The notes under the pieces are model-generated. The model ran no database searches and was not told where the DNA came from. It worked only from the letters and a program-made list of their open reading frames with translations. This document shows positions 27,301 through 42,300 of a stretch of 64,000 nt of DNA, piece after piece (within the stretch, counting starts at the first letter, position 1; each line of letters starts with the position of its first letter). This stretch comes from Paragordius varius (taxonomy: Eukaryota > Animalia > Nematomorpha). The DNA lies in NCBI GenBank assembly GCA_964247055.1, contig OZ176053.1, positions 5,890,001 to 5,954,000 of the forward strand, written 5' to 3'. A program made the translations under genes and the position numbers.

Positions 27301-30300
27301 ACTCCTCGGTGGGTTTAAAATATTATTATTGCTAATTTCTATTCCATTTTCTGCTATATGATCAAAAATATAAATTTTGCAGCAAAAAAGATAAAAAATT
27401 AATTTTAGAAGTAATTAAAAATTATTGAATCTATGGTATAGTATATAGCTGAATATATTAAACGAGTCTATTTATTAATACATAAAGGGATTAAGTGAAA
27501 ATAAGGAATAGTACATAATGTCCCCCTTTCTTTCACTTAAATAATTTATTTTTCAATTTTCTAAATTACTTTTTCTCTTCTGTACTACCCATTCTAACTT
27601 ATATAATTATTTTAGCATAAAAAACATAATATTACTTAAGTATAGGGTAGTTTAAAAAAATCAATATTCATAAGTATATTGTGAATAAGCCCAATTATTT
27701 TTGCTAAAGAATTTTTATTTCAAAATTGTATGGGGACTGTATTTCTGAAACAATAAAAAACCATATTGGCCGTCAAATTTTTTTAGTGACGCTTAAATTT
27801 GTGTGCAGTACATTTTTCTTATGTGTAAAGGTTTTTAATATATATAATATAAAATATAGTCAGACAAACTGGATATATTTATTCAAGCGACAAAGCGTCA
27901 TTTTGTCCACTAATAATTATTATTTTTTCAAATTTAATATTTTATTTATAGAGGAATTATGATTGCTAAAATATGGATGAAGTTAATGTACTCATATCAT
28001 TTTATATCTATAATAATTTTTCACAAAACTTTATTTAGTATTTGAAAAGGTATATTAATATTTTCTGGTTTCAAATAGCAATTTTATTTAAAAAACCAGT
28101 GACTTGGAGTATAATAAATATCTTTAGCCGTAAGACAAAAACAGATCAGTTAAATTATTGAAAGCTTTAATATGACTTTATTTTAAATTTCTCATACAAG
28201 AAAAAAAACATACTTGCTTGCACACAATCAAATATGTCCACACCCAATAATATGTCTGTTCATAATATAGAATGCGGACAATGTTGAAAGCAGTGGCGTA
28301 CCGAGGGGGCAAGGGGGTTCATGGTCCGGGCGCGGTTATTTAGGGGCGCCCAAATGTTTTTATTTAAATTTGAATAATGCAAAAATAATAACAACTTTTA
28401 AGTAAGATTTTTTAGCAATGTATGTAATAATCCCTAAAATAACATAAAAATTATATAAATGAGATAAAGAACAAACATTATGCAAAAACAACTTTCATGT
28501 AGGTATTCCCTTCAAAATGTGCAATAATTTTCGCTTCAAAAACGTTTTTTTATCACGCACATATTGTTAATTCTTTAATTGACTTTAATTAAATTATTTT
28601 AACTTCTCTCTCTGTTCAAAACCTTATCTCTTATTCTTATAATTTAATTGCCTTTTTATTTTAAAATATTCAATTTCAAAACCCAATTTAATATAGTTAA
28701 ATCCCCAAGATCGTTCCCTCTCTAACAAGGTAGGTTTTTATTATTAATATAGCCTTGTATTTTTTATAAATACTTTCATTTTTATCGTATATCAATGTTT
28801 AAACTTAGCGGTTACGCAAATAGGAAACGAAAAATCCAGGACGAGAATAAAACAAACAAAATGCGAATGAGTATGAAATCTTATTTCGCCTTTTTAAAAT
28901 TTACTAATAATAATGTTCCCCTAATATCTATCAACTTCGCACAGAAATGATTATTTCTGGATCTCAAAAGTTTCAAAATATTGAAACAAAAAATCATCGC
29001 CCAAACCCCAAATCTTGGATTTTCGACGTGGTTTAAAAGAAGGATTTGAAGTTGAGCTTGGCTTTTATATTCACCAAAGAACAGATCTGCTTATTGTTAT
29101 TGTTGTGAACTTTTTGATCTCTAATTCTTTAACATCATCTTTTATAAATAGGCATGATTTTAATAAATGTGGGAAAAAATAAATTAATCCATCATGAAAA
29201 TAGCCTCAATCATCGGAAAGCATTTACTACTTGGAAAGAGGTAGAAAAAAATAAATAAAACAGGAAATGATTCTGCTCTAAAGCTAACACACAATCGGAA
29301 AAGAATCGATAGCGAAATATGTTACATTGAATATTGGCCTGCATGAAATTTCTAATCATTCAAAATGTCCCTTTTTGAGAACATGTTAAAAGTTTAATGT
29401 ATCTAGATGACTCAGCACCAAATCCTGGAAATGTTTTGTGTTTCTAAAACTTGTAGCTCAGTTTGACCCAATAATGGGAGAACACATGAGAAACATTTTC
29501 CTAACACTTTATCCTATGTTTAACCCAAAATCCAAACGAGTTTATACATCTTTAAAATTCAAGAGTTAAGTTAAATTGATTGATGACATAAAATAAAGTA
29601 AATATTATGGACTTATATTTGATTTAACACCAGATAGTTGCCATAAAAGAATCCTCTTTGGGTTTTTCAGTTATTTAACAAAGATGCAATGCCAATTAAA
29701 AAAAAGGAAATTTTATGGATAATATTCAGTTATCAAATTGTAGATCTCAATGCTATAATAATGCAGCTGTGATGTATGGTCACATTTTAGGCGTTCAACA
29801 AAGAATTCTGGAAAATAAAAGAACAATATTTGTCAACTGAGACAATTATTCCTTGAATTTAGTAGGATTCACGGTACCAAAACATAATGTTATTGTTGTG
29901 ACCTGTTTCGGAATAATTCAAAATATCTATCTTATTTTACGTTCAACTATCAGATGGGACCTATTAAAAATTAAACTAAGAAAATTGCTAAGCGTGATTT
30001 TGAAAACCGATAGAGTGCTAAAATTCAAGCAGTTAGTGCCTGAGAAATAGATGATTTGATAGTGCTATTAGAAGATTTAAGTAAAAATACTTCAAAAACT
30101 AGTGAAACAAAAAGTGAGGCATCCGTTTTACTTCACAGTGTTTTAAATTCTATTTTTTTAACATTAATTTTTTACTGGCATCATATAGGTTCAACATAGA
30201 TTGCAAGATCAAAAAATTAATTTTAATGACGCATTTAAATACGTTTGTATTTTTTTTACTAAATTGTTTTATTGGCTTTCAAAGAGAGGGAAAGGGGCGC

Positions 30301-33300
30301 CATGGAGTTTTATGCCCCAGGTGCCGCAAACGCTCGGTACGCCACTGTTTATAAGATACCAAATTTATAGCGCACTTGGTTTAAAAAATTTTTAATTCCA
30401 ATTTTTCATAGTTAGTCCAATGGTTATGCATCAAATCCTTATCGTGCGCACTATTGCCGTTTTTACCTCTTTAAAATTGGTTTTGTGCAATACTTTTTGT
30501 ATGCAGAAGAAATAAGACTGTTAAACAAGTTTTTCAAGAAACTAGTTAATTCGCAAAATCTAGATGTGTTTAAGTAGGAAAAACTTTTATACAGTTGAAC
30601 CAAAAAAGAATTAATGATTTTTATGCCGATAAATAATAGTTCGACCATGTCAGGCCCATTAGAAGGGGCTGGAAAACGTGGAAGGTCTAAGCTACGATAT
30701 TTAGAACAGATTAAAAAAATTACAGCACATTCAATCCATCAAATCGCACAGATATCTCAGAACGCTATGGTCTAACTCTAAGCTGTCTCAACTACCCGAG
30801 AATTTCTATCCATATTAAGGGATATATAAATCATCCTGGAATATATTGTCAAATGTTTTTAGTTTTAAAGGTGGTTTGACTGTGTTTTAAATTTTGCGCA
30901 TAATGATGGCATAATTCCCATCCTAAACTTAAAATTGTCAAAGTAATTATCTTTATTTTAATTTTAATATAATTTAAAAAACTATGTTATTCTTAGGAAA
31001 TTATTTATTTAAGTTTTTAAAAAAACGAATCCAAAGTCATCCGTTGCAATTGCGCTTGGAAGCGTTTGAAATCGAAATTAATTACACTTTGTTAGCACAA
31101 TATTATTAAAGCTAAAACTATCGAAGCAGATAACAAATTTATAATTAACATTTAGAATGCAAATTGAATTAAAAAACAATAAATCAAAGATTGAAATGCT
31201 TATGAGGCTAATATTTCGGGTATATATGACTTTTTTGCTATTTCAAATAAACGGGTGTTTATCGCGATATAAGTATGGCGACATACAAAATATTCTTTTT
31301 ATATATTATTATTTTATTATTAGCAAATGTTTTATAATTCAGCTTTTTCCAGAAACTTAATATTAACCACAATGTATGCCCTAAATTTGCCACCCTTAAA
31401 ATATAATCTTTTCCAAACAAATTCCTACAATAAACTTATAAAATTTTGATCCATAAATATCATCGGCATATATTAATAGTTTTTATCTCATAATCTCGGC
31501 ATTTTGAGTTTATTTCAATAAAACTCTCCCATTTCAAAGAGGGGTAAAAATTTGACATTTTCGGAGCTTAGGGCTAAAATTTATATTTTATGGTAAATTT
31601 GAAATTATTTAAAAATATTGCTTCGTTTATGATATACTATGATTTTAGGATAAAATATTTGGTTATCACCAAAAAATATTTAGCACAATTTGCGCAATTT
31701 AATATTGATATTTCTTAAATCACTCGTATGGCGCTAAACCAAAAGTATTATGAGAATACTGATGCATTTTTTTCAAACATAATATATTACATCAGTTATG
31801 GCCCCCGACTTTTTGCAACTGTGCATTTTTTTTAAATTAAGCAAATATTAAATCATAAGATATTCTCTTACGGTTTCTCTGTTTCACAATATTTTTTATT
31901 TCATCAAATATATCTTTTTTAGTGCACTTCCTTGTTTTTTAAAGTCACTTCAATCTACTTATGACCTTAATTATAAGCTGCCTTAGGACCAAACTCAGGG
32001 GAATTAATTTAATCCTAATTAGTAGATTTAACAAAAAATTTGTAATTATTTTAGTCAAAATTATTTAGGTTATATCCATTGTTAGATAAAAAACCAAATG
32101 CATCACCCATTCAACGCCCATATATATGTACACTCTAAATCAATATAAGTTTACAATCTCTTTTCTGGACAATTCCCAAATGTCCGGTGCATTAGGATAT
32201 TAAGAATGCTTAAAAAAGGGCATTTCTTATTATAGGTTACTAATTCAATTACATAATTGAATAAAGATGATTTTGTAAAAACCTTCAATTGATATTTCTT
32301 GATTATTTTGATTCTCCGTTTCTAATCCATTTTGAGCCATTTGAGTTATTGATGTTGTGTTGCAATCTTTATTTTTAGTCATTTTTGTTATTCGCCTAGT
32401 TCTTGGGATAGTTAAAGTTTTGTAACGCATGTTTTCATTTGATTCTATCAAATATAATATATTATTTGATAATATCTGATGTGAAAATTGAAAAATTGTT
32501 GTAAAATAATTGAATTAACCAATTTTGCGCGCCAAAGGCATTAGTAGATCTATTAAGAAAACCATATCACAAACAAAATCTTATTTTATTTGTTTTTTGT
32601 TTAATCGAAACCTTCTCTAAATTTAAATTTTAGAGATTCAGTTTGTCTTTTTCTTTATATTACATTTATTTCCTTAAACAAATCCCCTATTTGGAGAAAA
32701 TGGAGAAAATGGAGAATTAAACATATTGGTTATCTTTCTTTTACCTCATGAAACGAATTAGTCATTAAACATCTAACAGTCAACAACCACTTCTCCTAAA
32801 TTATTTAATTTTTAGATTTAAAATTTATTTATATCGTTTATATTTCAACTCGAAACCCCGGGCCAATGAAGTTTATTATTTAATAATTACCAAAGCGAGT
32901 GGTCCCAATTTTAATCCATACTTTTATATTTTAATAAAAATAATTTATAAATTTAGAAAACTTTAATTTTGAGAAAAAAGTTCCGAATCGAATTGGTGCC
33001 ATTTTTATTTCAATTTTTTTGAAAAAATATAGTGCTTTAAATCTACGGTTTAATATTTAGTTAATCTTTAATAAAACATTAATCAATAAATTAGTCAAAA
33101 AAACGGATGAAATTTTTATTATAGATTAAAGGCTGGTTAATTGTTGACCCACAGGTTAAAAAATGTCAAATATTTTGGTAATTTTTCCAATATATTGGTG
33201 TATGAATGTTGTAGTTGTCGTTGTTGCTAAGGTCGATTCCGACTAACTGCAACATTGAAAATATAACTTCTCCAATTGCGAATACAAGATCTGGCATTTA

Positions 33301-36300
33301 ATTCGGATAATGTTTGGTTGGTTTCTTTGAGGATGTTATCCATCCAACGAGTTCGTCCTTTCCCTCTTTTTCGAGCACCACTCACTTTTCCTAGCATCAG
33401 TGATTTTTCAAGTGAGTTGGCTTTCATAATGTGGCCAAAAAAGGATAGTTTTTGCCGTATTAGGCTGCACAGTAGTGACATTTTCGGATTAATTTTATTT
33501 AAAATAGTGGCGTTAGGAATTTTTGTCCATTTTATTTGGAGAAGTTTCCTCTAAACCCATAATTCGAAAGAATTTATTAGTCGTTCGTCATATTTTTTTA
33601 GCGTCCACCTTCCCCCTCATATAGGAATGTGGGGAAAACTGTAGCCTTGATTAATCTAATTTTGGTTTTTAGCTTGATGCCATGTGACGTTCAAATCTTG
33701 TTTTATTTGATTGTATCTGCTTTTGCAATGGCAATTCTTCGTTTTATTTCTGGAGTAGAGTTGTGCAAAGCAAATTCAAAACTATATTTTTACAAGTCTG
33801 ACGCCAATTGGTAACGAAGGACACATAATTCGTATTCAAGTGTTAAATGCGTTGACAAAAGTTAAATGACAATGAACAGCTTCCGTGGAGCTAACATTGG
33901 AAATTTTTAACAACTAAATTTATCAATTTTATGTTTGATTTATAAGTTTATTAAGATTTTGACAGCGGTATCAAATGTGTAATTAAAAAAATATTCCCTA
34001 ATTTTAATATAGGTATAATGCAAAAACAGATAAAACCCTAGCAATGCTGGAATCAAATCCATCATAATGTTATTTGCATATTATAATGGCCAAAGAAAAA
34101 ATATTTAATTAAAATGGCCAGCTTCAAAACGCTGATAGCAAACATTCAACAATAGCAGTATTTATATTTTTAATATAATAATGTGTGAAAAAAATAGGGT
34201 TCAAATAATATATCTTTATAAATCATATAACAATCGATCGCTAAAAGTTTCTGCATAATTAATATCGTTATGATAGATGCAGTTGAAATACTAGAAAAAA
34301 AGATAATTCAATTTTATTACTGAGGTGACAAAATAATCTTTCACACATGTAGTATCATAAAACTAGAACTTTTAGGGAGTGCATTAAAAAATTGATGATA
34401 ACCTAGACAAAAAGGTATTGAAAGCCACTGCCCTCTTGTGTAAAAAAAATACGATCTTTGAATAATTTTTCTTAGTTTGCGTACTGATTTTGTTGTATCC
34501 ATAAATAATATATTAAAACAACTTAAAAGACCAAATATGCCGAAACCGTTATATTTAAAGTGCGTGATTGTTCAAAACAAAAACAGCAATGGAGCTATAA
34601 TTGACCATTTTAATATTTTATTTGGCTAAAGTAACATATCTGCGAGATTTTTCGTATTTATAAGTTACATTTTTGTAAATTGCGGAAAAAAATACGGTAT
34701 CATGTTAATTAAAATCTTTTTAGCTAATTTAAAATCGAAATGGCCAATAATAGCTCTCCTTATTATATATGCACTTATTTTTATAAATAAATAACCGTAT
34801 AAATTAAGATATAGTTACCACAGGAGGAATAAAAAAGATACATTTTGGGATATTTGTGAATAACAGTAAAATATTAATGTTAATTTAATAAAAAAAATGA
34901 AATTTTAAATAAAAATATTATTCATGTGATGTAATGTAAGGTAGGGGAGGGCCAGTCAAGCATTACTAATGATTACTTTATCATTTTTGTTAAATATTAT
35001 ATTTTAAGCACATATGTTCCAAATTAAAAAAATTAAATTTTATTTTTTTGCGATAATATTTATTATACATTTTTTTGCATTGTATAGAAGGGAAAGTGGT
35101 GAAATTTTAGTGTAAAATATTAGATAAACGGATGATAAAATGTAAATGATAAACACCTAACTAAAAATTTAGGGATATTGAACTAACTAATGGTTTTAAT
35201 TTACTAATTTAAAAAGTTTGGTTAAATGAAAATAATGGATTCATCAAATTACATTGTAAAAGTTATATTTAGTATTTATTAAAACACTTTATACCAAGTA
35301 ATAATGGTTTACTCTAAACTTCCTGGCCACACCTTAATATTGACTGATATATAGAGGAGCAATTTAGATTGTCTGAAATTTTTAACGATTTTTTTTTATA
35401 TTTTAAACCATAATTCATTTAAATACTTTTGTGGAATATGTTTTGTTAAATCTTCATAATATTTGGTTTAAATAAATATTTGTTAGTATTTAATGATAAA
35501 AAACATGGCAAAATTTTAGAAACCGGAATTGAACTATACGCTCAATCAAGGTTAACTTTATTTATCGCTATTTTAATTGAATACTCTTTAGATAAATTTT
35601 TTCTTAAAGTATCCTACAAAATATGACTTTTTTAACTTGTTATGTTTTTGACGCTGTTAAAAATAGTGTGATTACAATCAGAACTCATCGATAGAACACA
35701 ATAGAACTGCCACGAATCTTTTTTGTCTAAAAATATTTGGAACCAAAACGGTTACCATTTCAACATAATTGAAATGATATTATCCCCAGATTTTTGGTTT
35801 TCATATTCAAAATCATTCGATTATAATTTAAAGATTTTTATGGGTATGTTTAAGTTTTATTGCGCAAACGAGAAAAATAAAATAATTTTTGATGCCAACA
35901 ATTTCACATATTTTTAGTTGTTTAGAAATGTATTCACCATTAGCAGTAGACACTATGAATTTTTAAATATCGCTTGAGCCTTTACCTTGAATAAACATCG
36001 ATAAAATTAAAAAGTTTAAACATTTTGGTTTTGAGGTGAGTCATGAGTTATTTTGGTTATAATTCTTTACTAAATTGCAAAAAAATCATATTAAAATAGG
36101 AGTTTTGTTGAATGTATACAACAACTTTACTTTCATGCCAGTTATAGACTTCTCAGGCCGAAATACTTAGTAAACTGTATAAGATGGGTAATTTTTAATT
36201 AAAACGTTTTTTAAACGATACGATATGGATTAAGTATCTGCCCCTTGTCAAATATTCATTCTTTAAGATTCAGTAAATAGTTTTCGCCCTGTTCCAATGC

Positions 36301-39300
36301 TCAAATTAAAATTAGGATGGACATGTTTTTTATGTCGATCGATATAGACAAAAGTTTTGAAAACTGATTTTATTGATAATATTGGTTTTCCATTATCATT
36401 TTATGATTAAAACACCTTACACTTCTATTAACACTTTTACAATTAGTTTGATACAACTAAATAAATAATTCGCTAATTGCCGTTTAATATTTTTTTAAAT
36501 TGATAATTTACCAACAAAACTTACGTTTTCGCAAAAATATTTTTGAAAACATGCCATTATTCTTTGGGATCTTGTTAACATTTAACGGGAATATAAAACA
36601 GTATAAATAGAACAAATGGTGTCTTTAGTCACATGAAATTAAAAAAATGATTATTGGCAATCATAAAAAACGCCAAATCTTTTAACAAAAGAATAGATTT
36701 GAGTTATTAACACCTTTCCATCTTAAACATGCATGTAAATGATATAGATAGTCGATAAAATCTATGACATCAAATATACTCTGAATAATTACTTTTCTAC
36801 GAATCCGAAAAATTCTAAATAATAAAAATTGGATAAAAAACTACTTATAATTATCACTTAAATTACCTTTTGTCAATGGAGTCTCTCCGTCTGCCGCATG
36901 TGCTTTCATTTCGATTTCCCCATCTATGACAATTTCATTTATTCCACCGAGTTTATCATTTACCATAGTATGGTCCAATTTGAGATCTATTTTTTCTTGT
37001 CCTATGTTTTGATTAGGAGAGACCAGTTTGGAAGGCGGTTGTACCCTAAATGTTGCAGAATTTTGTAGCTTTTTGTTAGGATACTGACTACTGTTCATAA
37101 GCTTGATTTTTATATTTGGACCATTACCTTTGACGACGTATTTCCTAGCTTTACCTTCGTCCATTGCACTAATATTATTGGTACTTTCATTTATTTGAGT
37201 ATTCATAGTTCCTTTTAAATTATCATTTGTAACGGCAAAATTTTGAGGTTTCCTCAATTTGGAAGCAGTTAAACTGGACTGGATCATACCAGTTTGATTA
37301 TTATAGTTGTTTGGATTTGATATTGACTGGCTTGTAATTCTATGATATATTTGTCGAATTGTTTTATAAGAAAAATTTAATTTCTTATCGCTACGTAAGA
37401 TAATAATCAATAAATTTATGGGACCTGTTTTTATGGATGCAGTTATAATTGCAAAAGACCGCATATCAAACAACCGTCAGAAAACGTGAATATAAAATAT
37501 TAAGTATTTCTTAAATTAAATTGTATGTAAATTTGTCATAGAATTTTGTTATCAACATTACTAATAGCAATTTAATTGGTTAAAATTATTTTTTTGGATT
37601 AGTTAATTTTTAGCTTTCCCGTTTAATTATTATTATGAGTTAACCCATTACTACTAAGCAACAATTGTTTTAAGTAAACAATTTGAATTGAAACGTGAGT
37701 AATAACTAATAATAATTCAGACCTATTAAATAATATAGCCCAATCCGTCTGTCTCAACTATATGTTTTTTGTTCCATTTCAAATCAATTTAAATACTAAC
37801 GATGGGATGTTATTAACACTGTGACACAACAAAAATCTGGATATTTTAAACCAAGACTTAATTTGATTAGTTATATTTAGATGGTTTTCGCGTCTAATAA
37901 AAGGTTATTATGGCAATAATTTCAAAAATAGCTAAAATCATTGTAATTTACATCTCCGCTTAAAGGTATTGCAACCGAAAATTCATTATAAAACATATAT
38001 AAATGATATATAAAAACCAATTTTTAACGACGCGATGAACTAGCACCAATTTAAAAATTCTTGGCATTCAAATTTAATGGTAGGACAATTTGTGACGTTA
38101 ATAATAATTTAATAAATGAGGTGGAATACGAATTAATTAAAATATGGTACTGTGCTATACAATGTATTCAGCGGCAACGAGAATGAAGTTTTTTATAAGA
38201 TTCCCAAATATTTTTGAGTTTGGACTATAAATGTAATATTTATATAATTTTATAAAATTTGATAATCGGATATTTATTTTATACGATTTTTATAACAGCC
38301 TTTTTGCTAAATTATTATGACAGGGTAACAAATTTCCAAGGTTAAAACTTGAAGAAATATATGAAAAGAAAGTAATTTACAATATAATTCTTACAATTGA
38401 AATTTGGTTTCTACGATCTAAAATTATTTAACTAAATTGGGCTAAATTGACGATTTTTTGATTTTGATTAATGTGAAATTGATAGAATTTTTTGAGCCCG
38501 ATATGTCATCTCAAAATATAACCGTGTAAATCCTACCTTAACTGCTCATCAATGAAATCATTTTAAATTTTATCCTTGATCTAACCGCCAATTATGTCGG
38601 GTTTTTTATATTTCTATGTTTTTTTATTCAAAATACCGTTAGTTCTACGCATGTTAATATCTATTCGTTAATATTTTTTGGATTTATGAGTTTTTTTAAA
38701 TTTTAATTCAAATACTAAAAAGAGAGCTAATTTTAAATTAAGCCCATAATTTATCTAAAATTAGCTGTGTCTTTGGTAAGCCATGTCTTTGAAATGCAAT
38801 TATTTTTTTATATTTTAATTATGTTTAAATTTTAATACCTAATTATACATTACCATGGACACCTCAAAGGGGCATTCAACAGCCATCCAAAATAATTGAG
38901 AAACAATTTATAATTAAAAATAATGCCACTTAGAAAAATGAAATTGCTATATATCAAATAAATTAAAACTTAATTTTTTTATATTTAACAAACTAGCGAA
39001 AATACGTATGATAGTATTTGGATTGTGTTCGTAAATTCTTTTAGCTAAAGTTGGAAATATAATGTAAATCCCATATTTTTCAAAGGTGGCTCGCTGATTT
39101 TTTGTGTCGAAAATGTGGCCCGCGAAGCCATTTATCTTGGACACCGCTGTTTCACACTATATAAATTTACTTGTGATTTAATACATTTGTTTTTGTTTAA
39201 AAAAATTATTTTCAGATTATCCAATCTAGTTGGTCAATAACGCTTTAATAATATTTAAACTTTTAATTTATCATATTAGGTGATGTATTTAAATAAATCT

Positions 39301-42300
39301 CTTTTAATATATTTAATCAAAACGAGGAGGCCTATAACATTAAAAATACCGTAAAGATTTGAAATACTTAATTATCTTTTTTAATAACAATTTGGAAAAA
39401 TACGGGCAAGTGTCAAACCTGGCCTATAAAAATATTTGCCCGAATCGTAAGTTTTAGCTCAAAAAATACCTAATTAGTGTTATGGGTGAATTTAAAATGT
39501 TTTAGGGTAAATTAAAAAATGTTAATATTAGTATATAGACTATCTATAGAAAAATTTCAATTTGCAATTGAAACCGCCTTTTTCAAAAATAAACTAAATG
39601 AAAATTCTGAAAAAACGATCTAAAATCTGTTTCATGAAACGGAAGTTTAAAATGTTTTCCCAATATATATTTCTAAAATTATTCACTATTTTGTAAAATT
39701 TTTCATACAACTCAAACCTTACAGAGACAAAAAAATAAGGACTGTAAAAAGTTAACTAAACAATACTTGAGATTTTTATCGTTTTCCATATCCATCACAT
39801 GAGGTGCATCGGTGTTTTGTGGTGTTTGATCGTAGGATTTTGTATTACGATCCGCAATTCTTACTTTATCATACCGCGAAAGATTAAATAACAGTCCCAA
39901 AATGGATTTGAGATTACCATCGAAGATATCTACAATATAATTAATAAAAAATCTACAACGCTAAAGTAAAATTAACTCATTTTGTATAATGTTTAATAAT
40001 TAATAATATAAAGTATGCCTTTGGGAATAATCGCATAGCTTCTTGAAATGCAATCCAAATTTAAGACATAAAATTAATTAAAAACATCCGTTTGTAATTT
40101 GCATAATTAAAATTAATTTGATAAAAATGATATAATTTATATTTGATAAAATTATATCTCTTTTATTGATAAAAAAAATAAGTTATCCGCAACTATAAGT
40201 AAAAACTATTTAATGATTTTTCAAAATGATTTAATACCTTGTGCATTGATTTGATTAATAGGGATTCCAATTTCCTGCAGCCTGTCCAAGCATATTTCAA
40301 TATTTTTTATCTATATTTTATTAATAAGAAATTAATTTAATTAAATTGGGATCCAAAAAATACTGAATTGTGATTTAGATATACAATTTATGTTAAAAAT
40401 CGAAAATTAAAAAAGATACTAACCAAATTTTATGTTAAAATATTTTTATATAAATCCAGTTGTTATAGCCAATGATATATATTTATATTTAAAGAAGATT
40501 TTTATTTCGTTCCTAAAAACCTAAAAACTTAAAATGATTTTTAAAAATTATACTCCAATAAATTAAAAAGGTTAATTGGGTACAAAAATTGACATTAAAT
40601 ATATATTCCAAAATTATTAACCATAATTAGTTTAAATGAAAAAATATACTTTTTATGAAACTAATAGACAAAATATCAAAATTTATACCATTTGTTTTTC
40701 ATTTTGTGGGTTTGGATTTATGTAATCAATAGGATGCTTTGCTATTAATAATGAATAAGAAACTATAAACCGTATCTAATATTATAAATGCTTAATATTT
40801 TGAAATAAATATATTATAGAATGCGGGAAGTTAAATTCAATCTTCAACAAACCAAACATTTTTAAAAAAGAGTTGATTATTTTAATCGTTAAAAAATCTT
40901 TAAAAAATTGTAAAAATTACTTAGCGCCAGAATTAATTGGGATAAAATAGTTCCATCCTTCAGATCCATTTGAAGGTCTTGAATTCGGTAGGATTGCGAC
41001 ATTTTTCGATTATTTCCATTTTGTGGATTGTTGTGATTTTGAGAATTATGAAATTTAATAAATTCTGACGTTAAATAATGATTAGCCCAATCGGTATAAA
41101 CCTAAAAAATTGGGAAAATTTTTTAAAAAAAAGTAAACTTGAAACAAAATATATTGTAAAGGTGATTGGATGGATATAAATTATTTTAAGGGTTTCGTTT
41201 GGTAAGTAGGTGCGAAATTCCATGCTTATAAAGGGTGGGAAAAATAGAAAAAATAGTGATTACATAGAAACTTTAAGAATTAAATATTAGTATTTTTCAA
41301 TTAATCCAGCCTTTTTCCGAAGGAAAAAATTTGAAAGATTTCATTAAAATCTAAACAAAACACTTTTTAGTTAAATATATTTTGGGTTTCACCCAAAGTT
41401 TTTTAACAGGAGCAAAAAAAGCGTTATAAAAACCTAAGTATTTTAACAATGATTAAATAATATATCTCTCCAAAAAAACATGATTTAAATTTTTAATTTA
41501 TCTATATGTGTAGGATAATAATAATTAATTTTAACATTTTTCAAAATAGCTTATAAAAATTAATTATTAGTTTTTATCTATCTTTATAGAGAGGGTAAAA
41601 CATAACATTTTTATTACTTGGCCGCTCTAAAAGCAATTATATATAGATATCCGATGAAATAGATTAAAGGAAACATTGTATGTAACAGGTACATACACTT
41701 TGTAATTAAAATGTAAAAAAATATAATTATTTTACTATGATGATAATAAAAAAATTTATATATATATATTTGAACAAAGGTAGAAGAGTCATTTTATGTG
41801 TTACATTTTTAAATCAAAAAATAGGAGTAATTTGTTGATAAATTATCCCAGTGTTGTTTTTTTTGTTAAGGAGATATTTAAAATTTTGGAATCGTAATTT
41901 TTTACACGATAAACCTAAATATTTTTGAAAGATGTAATTAAATTTTTTTTAATCTCAGACCAACCAATTTTTAAAAAATATATATTCAATTTAAAACGAA
42001 ACTTATAGCTTAAAAATTTGATATTCTTATTCAATTCAAAATAATGTTGTCGAATGTATTAGCAATGTTATGATAGTACGTTTTTCCTTTTGAAATTTTT
42101 CCATTGTATAATAGTCAACATTATTTATGGCAAAAAAATCCATTAATATATGTCACCAAAAGTTTCAATTATAGGATCAGAGTAACTTTTTATATTTAAT
42201 TTAATTAATAATGAAAAAAACGTGCTGCCCTAAATGTTTCAATGTAAAATTTATAAAATAGGGTATTGGAATTCATAGAAACAAATCGGTCTGCATTGAG

